64,000 nucleotides of DNA, taken from contig NC_083238.1 of NCBI RefSeq assembly GCF_032191835.1, positions 34,782,001-34,846,000 on the forward strand. Reading direction: 5' to 3'. This document shows, piece after piece, positions 57,601-64,000 of the stretch (positions are counted from its first letter, which is position 1; every line of letters starts with the position of its first letter). The notes below the pieces were generated by a model that was not told where the DNA came from, did not search any database, and saw only the letters and a program-made list of their open reading frames with translations. The DNA is from Heteronotia binoei (taxonomy: Eukaryota). A program made the position numbers and the translations under genes.

Positions 57601-59928
57601 CAAACACACATCCCAATGGGACTAAAATGTGGAGGAAAGACTGTTGAAGAAAGAGGAAGGATTAAAATTAAACTTTAAAAAGAAGGACTTAGCCTCCCAT
57701 ATTTCATTTTCTATTATTTATTAAGGCGGAAAAGGGAGGTGACAACGTATATTTTACTGCAAATAGTAATCGAGTTATAAATGGATCTTTTTGGGGGGCT
57801 TACCCCCGTTAGAGAGAGGGGGGAAAATATGGGACAGTAAAGAGGAAAGGGCCCTTTACGTTAATGTAGATTGTATATCTCGTTTATGGCACAATATTGA
57901 TTTATTTATTAATGTTAATTACTACAATTCCATCTTTAACATGATTGAAAACTGGCGTGGCATTAAACAGGCAAGGTCTAAGTAACTCATTTCCCCCGAA
58001 GAGGTGTTTATTCAACCTCTAGACGCGTCCAACAAATTTTAAAATTTCGCCTTTTTTGTCTCTTCCCCCGCCCCCACCCCCAGTTCAAATCCCTTTTTCT
58101 TTGCCCCGCCGAATTCAAGTTAGTGTTTAAAAGGAGTTGATTGGTCACGATTTGGAGTTAGAGAGTATTAGCGCGACCTTATATCCATTTAGCAAAGGAC
58201 CGACCATTATGGATTGCGCTATTTATACCTTGGGGCTCCAATCTCCTGCAGCAACCCAGGCACAGTAGAGCCTGAGTTTCAGAATCAGTTCATAAACAAT
58301 GCCCACTCGAGGGATGCCACAGGGGACAGAGGTCCAGGCCATTGTTTTAACTTTACAACTGGGCGACGTTGCAGCCAAAAGATAAAAGATATGTATTTTT
58401 TTTCATTCACTTTTAAAAAACAAAATTAGCAGGGATGTCTCCACTGGGCGATATCTGGGACACTTCTCGCAAGTGTAAACAAGGCTGATGGGAGGCCGTT
58501 GGGTGGAAATAAAATCCCTGATTAGATCTCGCTATTAGTCCAGGGACTAGGGACGAATGCTATGGGGTTCCTTTAAACTCAGTGGGCTGTCTGGCGTCTT
58601 GTTTGGAGGGGAGGGAGCGGTGGTTGTGGGAGGAAATTGCAGGGAGGCACAATGGGGAGGGGGGAAAGCCATTCCCCCCCCCTCCCAAGAAGAAGAGGCT
58701 TCCTGACCTCTACTTCTGTTTTGTTCCCCAGCTCAGACAAAATCTTAGCAATGGCTCTGATAATGATCTTAAATAGAGGGGGGGGGGAGAGAGAGAGGGA
58801 GACGAAATTCCTCTGTCTCTCTTCACACTCCCTCCACCGCCTTCCTGGGGGGTGTATTTTAACTACAAGCCCGCATCCAAGATAAGAACACCGATCTAGC
58901 CTTCCATTCGAAGGGGGGTTTGGAATCTAGAGTGTGGGGCTGGTGGGAAAATGGACCCGAATATTGGGAAGATAAGCTCTTGAACCACTTGGGCAACACA
59001 GAAGCCGGCGACGGGGGCCGTCAAAGGCGCAAGCTTTTTAACGTGGCCATGATGTTGTATTTGAACAGCTGCGATAAGGTTTGCAAAGGGGGGGGGGGGC
59101 TGTCTCATGGCCACCGCGAGATTCCCCGACAGGGCTCAGAAAAATAAAATAAAATAAATGGGCTGTGGGTGTGGAGAAAGTGAACAAAGACTTGGCCGGG
59201 ATCGGGGGTGGTTGGGGGGTCACCCTCGAAGAATCCAGGCCGGCCCAGTGACACTCTGGCGAGCCACTCTCGCGGCCGGAGGGGGCCTTTGCCTTCTCAA
59301 GGATTCGCTGTTTGTTGGTTGGTTTGTGTTTGGGCTGTTCCTGGTTTTGGCTTGGGGGGTAGCCGGGAGGGTGTCGCGACTGTAGGAGAGATCTCCTCAA
59401 GGCCCCAAAGAAATAAAGATGGAGCGAAAAGCTCCAGGGCAAGCGTGACCCGTGCGCCATCATCCCCTTCTTTAAAAACGGGGAGAACCTTTTGTTTTGT
59501 TTTGCTTTTTAAATCCATATGGAGTGGGGAGATACCGGAATAGTTAATGAAAACAAATAAACTATCGGTCAGTTGTTTCACTGGCGTCTTGCGTTTGAAG
59601 GCGAGTCAGGGCTGTAGCCGAGCAGGGAGACCACCGAGAACATCCGACTGCTCAGGAAGCATATTTGGAATATTTCCACCATAGGTGGTGCAAGACTGTC
59701 GGTTTCAGCACATTGGAGAGGGTTGAATTCGGATCTTTCCCTTTTCTTTCTTTCTTGGAATAGTCAACGCCGGATCTTGATCAGTTTCTGACGAAGTCAG
59801 GGCGGTATATTGAGAGCTTTGAAAGTTGAACAGCGTCACATCCGACGAATGTCTCTTGCTGGTCTCTCCATGTTCACGGGCAAAGGGATTTTTGTCCATG
59901 GACAGAGTAAGAGAAAGGGTGTAGAGGA

Positions 59929-59930
59929 TT

Positions 59931-60004
<74 letters not shown>
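59929..60004. repeat. (TTTC)19 tetranucleotide microsatellite
   Basis: Pure tandem TTTC. Confidence 0.97.
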
Positions 60005-60005
<1 letters not shown>

Positions 60006-61310
60006 CTGGTCTGACTGTAAAACTGAACTTACGGCAAAAAAGTCCAGCTTTTAATATTTGACGATTTGTATTAAAACAAAAATTGACCTTTCTTGGGGAG
60101 TAGCGGGGGAGGGGCCCGGAATCAATAGTATAATTTTCAATAATTCATAACGCGAACACCATTATGCTAAAGCTTAACTATTAATCTTATCCTTTACAAA
60201 GTCTCGATTGATTTGTTCATAAAATATCTTCCCCGTGTGTGTGGCAATAGAGGGTATAACTCTTGGAAAAAGCTTCAGAAGCGAGAAAATTACCAAGTCG
60301 CAGAAGAATGCAGATGAGGCTTTTATTGATCGCCCTGATTCTTCTTAATCTGTATTAATAAATTCCACAACCTTTGATACCTTGCACTTGTCAGGAAGCG
60401 AGGCTTTTACAAAATCCATAAAAGGAAAACATTATTCCCCCCCCTCCTCTCTCTTTGTATTGTCCCCCAAAATAGCACACTTCGGGACTTCACCTACACT
60501 TCAAGACATAATCCACCGCCCACCAACAACTTTTTTTGGGACGGCTGCATGGCACCGTCTCTGGAAGCTGATTCTTATAACAAGGCTTGGATGAAGAAGA
60601 GCAAGGGGACAGGGGGAAAAGAGAGAAAGGCGGGTTTTTTTCCCTGGGCTGAGTTTTAGGGGTACTTTCTATCGCTGGTCATTTATAAAACCTAACAGGA
60701 TCCTGGGCAATTCTGCTGGAGGGGGGGGGGAGAAAGAGAGGGGGGAGAGGCAGGAATATTAAGGGAAATGCCCCATATTTTACACCGTCTGGTCGCCTGC
60801 TTGCTGAACGGTCGCCTGCAGCATCTCTCTGGCTCGCTCTGCCCTTTCCCCTCCCTTTAGCCCAGCCAGGATTTTGGTGAAGTCCCTGCCTCGTTTTTCT
60901 TTTGGCGCAAAGGAGCAGGAGATGTCAGGATCAGGCTGAAGTCGGACAACTCCAGGATATTACAATAAAATAAGGAGAAGGAAGGTAGAGAGACGGGGGG
61001 GGGAGGGGCGGGGAATCAATTCAGTGCATTTGTTTTAAGTCAGCGCAGGGAGCTTGGGTTGGCTCTAGCAAAGAGAGACAGAGAGAGAGAGACAGAGAAA
61101 GGAAAGAAAGGGGGGGGAAAGGGGAAAGGAAAGGAAAGGAAAGGAAAGAAGGAAAAGAAACGAGGCTTGTTTCTGGCGGTGCTGCTGCTGCTGCTGCCGC
61201 CGCCGCGCGCCGGTCATGCCCGGGTCGGGGCGCGCGCGGCGCACTTTCGCCGGGACGTTCTAGGTGTCGCTGTTGTCCACCTTTGCGCCGCAGCCCGGAG
61301 TGTCCCGCGG

Positions 61311-61475
61311 ACCACGTGACCGGCGGGGAGGTAGCAGCTCAAGGCCATTTTCAAATCTCATTGGCTTAGCCGTCATGTGGTCGCGCAGAGGCATCCACAA
61401 TTACACAGGGAATGTTTTCGTAGAGATGTCAGCCTACAAAGGAGACAATCTCTCTTCTTCAAATTCCTCCCCAAA
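61311..61475 (+). promoter_or_regulatory. Hoxd10 proximal promoter and 5' leader
   Basis: CACGTG (61313) and inverted CCAAT ATTGG (61360). The leader contains upstream ATGs at 61412 and 61426. Confidence 0.6.
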
Positions 61476-62268
61476 ATGTCCTTTCCCAACAGCTCTCCTG
61501 CCGCCAATACTTTTTTAGTCGACTCTCTGATCAGTGCCTGCAGGAGTGACAGTTTTTATTCCAACAGCGCCAGCATGTACATGCCTCCCAGCACAGACAT
61601 TGGGACTTACGGAATGCAAACCTGTGGACTGCTACCGTCTCTGGCCAAAAGAGAGGTGAACCATCAAAACATGGGTATGAATGTACATCCGTATATACCT
61701 CAAGTAGACAATTGGACAGATCCGAACAGGTCGTGCCGGCTAGAGCAACCTGTTACACAGCAGGTGCCCACCTGCTCCTTCACCACCAATATTAAGGAGG
61801 AGACGAATTGCTGCATGTACTCCGATAAGCGCTCCAAGCTGGTGTCTTCGTCCGACGTCCCTTCCTACCAGAGGCTGGTCTCTGACTCTTGCCCCATCGA
61901 CAACCCCGAAGTCCCCGTCCCCGGCTATTTCAGGCTGAGCCAGACCTACGCCACGGGCAAAACCCAAGAGTACAATAACAGCCCCGAAACCAGCTCCACC
62001 GTCATGTTACAGTTAAACCCTCGCGGCGCTTCCAAGCCGCAGCTCGCCTCGCAACTTCCCCTGGAGAAGAAAATGAATGAGAACCCCACCGGCGGCGGAG
62101 GAGGAGGCGGAGGAGGAGGAGGCGGCAGCAACAGCCACCACCCGGACAACTCCGCCAAAGTGGCCCAAGTCGAGAGTCCCGAGCCCAAGCCCGCCCTCCA
62201 AGACGACAGGAGCTGCCTGGCCGAAGCCTCGGTCTCCAGCCCGGAAACCCAAGAGAAGGAGAGCAAAG
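61476..62268 (+). CDS. Hoxd10: Hoxd10 exon 1
   Basis: [39 protein letters not shown]...[18 protein letters not shown]...[11 protein letters not shown]. Donor AAAG|gtctgt, phase 1. Confidence 0.97.
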
Positions 62269-63902
62269 GTCTGTATGCTTCAGAAAGCCAGGCAAAAAAA
62301 GAATAAAAGTTGGGGGAGACCCTAAGGCGGCAGGCGAGCTGGGGCGCACAGCCCGCCTCTGCAAACCACATCTCCTGGTGCTGAAGCGCAGCCATGACTG
62401 TTGAGGAGAAAAGGGGGGGTCTCTCTCCTCTCCCCCCCCCCTCTCCCTTTCCTCTCTCTGGCTGCTGCAGGTGCTGGGTTCCCCCTGGCTTGTTAGCAAA
62501 GGGGGTGGAGGGGTTGGATCTTGCCCCAACCATGAAGTCAGTCCTTGCTTCCCCCCCCCCCCTGAGAGGGGACCCCCAGGCTCGAATCCTGCCCTAGAGG
62601 TTTCCCTTCCCTTTGGAACAGACCGCCTCCTTCCTTCCATGCCTTCCAAAAGGGCTGTGATGGTGGCAAATCCCCAGGGTCACGTTGGGACCAGGTCTTT
62701 CCACTGGATCTTCTCATTACCTGAATGCTAAACATAATAGTCAAAACCAAGGTGGTTTTTTTAAGCAAAAAAGGAAGGGGGGGTCGGTTGGGATGCCGCA
62801 GAGCGGTACAAACTTTGAAGGAGATGGACCCTCAGAAATGGCCCTTTCTTTGATAGCCCCTGCTGCCCAAGATGGCCAATAATAGACTACTTAGATAGCC
62901 TAGCTTTTTGTCTCCAAATGTCCAGTATGATTCGGAAGTTGATTTTGGGGAGTTTTGCTTTGGTTTTTAAACGAAGGGGCAGCGTGTTGATTTCATTGTC
63001 CTTAAAGGGAAGGGGGTGTCAAAGGAGTCCTTTGTAGTGGGGGAATGTAACATGGCAGAATAGCGAAAAACCGGGGTGGGGGGAGATGGCCTGAGTGCGT
63101 TTTACCTTTGCAAAGCCTGCTATGAATCTTAGACAGTTATGTACGCATGAAGTGGATGGGAAACCATTACAGGCAAACATTAAAATAAACCTTAGGACCC
63201 CCCCCCCAAAAAATGCCCGTAATGTGATGGGAAGACACTATTCTCACGGGAGAACGGAAAAAATAGAATATGGCTCCTCTTTGGTGGTGTTTTCGTTTTT
63301 CTTTTTTAAATTCTGGTGTTTCCTTGGGGAGGGGGGCAAAAGGCTACCTGATTTTCTGGCTGTTTGTTTGATTTCTTGGGTGATCCAAAGGAAAGTCTCT
63401 GTCAAAATGGGTAGGGAAAATGCTGAGGGTTTTTTTCCCCACCTAAAGAGCCATTTTCCCAATAAGGGGGCATTTATGGCTTTGGGTGGACTCTCTAAAA
63501 CATGAGCATTGGCATATGGCAAGGAGAATATTGTTCCATAGCTCGAGAGCTAGCTGAGATGTGTATATTCTGGTGTGTAGAATGTGTCAGATGATATACA
63601 CAAATACTTTAGAAATAACCCCGAGGATGGCACGGAATGGTGCTGGTATTGTTTAATTCGACTCTGGGAAGAATGTTCGGGTTTTTTGGGGAAAACCCCA
63701 CATTACTCCAGTTATGGATACCTCCTTTAAGCAATATTTAATACCCACAAGACACCATATCTGCCAGACACAATAGACGGGGGTTCATGGCCAAGGGTAC
63801 ACTATAACAGACTGAGGTTATTTTTATTTCCCTTTCTTTCTATTTTGTTTTTTCTTCCTTCCTTCCTTGCTTCCTTCCTTTCCTTTCCTTCGATTTTGCT
63901 AG

Positions 63903-64000
63903 AGGAAATCAAGTCTGATACTCCAACCAGCAATTGGTTAACAGCAAAGAGTGGGAGAAAGAAGAGATGCCCCTACACTAAGCATCAAACACTGGAATTA
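63903..64000 (+). CDS. Hoxd10: Hoxd10 exon 2, 5' part (truncated by the window end)
   Basis: Long pyrimidine tract and ttgctag|AG acceptor. Translates [33 protein letters not shown]. Confidence 0.97.

Noticed and set aside
59676-59691. CTCF-like ccaccataggtggtgc (also gcgccccctctgttg at 12918)
   Set aside because: The best registers match only about 9-10 of 14 positions, too weak to call without a PWM scan.
63582-63590. ATG TGT CAG (MCQ) in the Hoxd10 intron, recalling the short alternative first exon of HOXA10
   Set aside because: No GT donor follows the triplet, and a 9-bp match is easily coincidental.

Overview
This is vertebrate genomic DNA covering the posterior end of a HoxD cluster. 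It contains Evx2 (minus strand, 3 coding exons, 443 aa), Hoxd13 (334 aa), Hoxd12 (271 aa), Hoxd11 (308 aa) and Hoxd10 (exon 1 plus the start of exon 2, which runs off the window). All splice junctions are GT-AG and keep the frame. The source is probably a squamate, and a gecko is plausible. This is inferred from the repeat types: a Squam3/Ther1-like SINE, a CR1 3' end, Penelope-like termini and Harbinger/hAT MITEs inside a Hox cluster. About 30 transposon fragments from 8 families are recognisable by eye. All lie between 10.9 and 39.84 kb (Evx2-Hoxd13-Hoxd12), often nested or stacked, and none was recognised from Hoxd12 to Hoxd10. The most interesting observations are: (1) Penelope-like inverted-repeat insertions carrying degenerate minimal hammerhead ribozymes, one of them sense-oriented in the Hoxd13 intron with two core substitutions; (2) a four-element nested Harbinger-MITE stack with visible TWA target-site duplications; (3) out-of-frame upstream ORFs in Hoxd13, Hoxd11 and Hoxd10, two of which end in an ATGA stop/start overlap and one of which resembles a frameshifted version of the HOXA10 N-terminal extension; (4) a divergent, extremely GC3-rich Hoxd12 homeodomain; (5) CTCF motifs that switch orientation across Hoxd12-Hoxd11. 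Coordinates and counts were made by hand. Comparisons with human/mouse sequences and with the literature are from memory and need verification by alignment.
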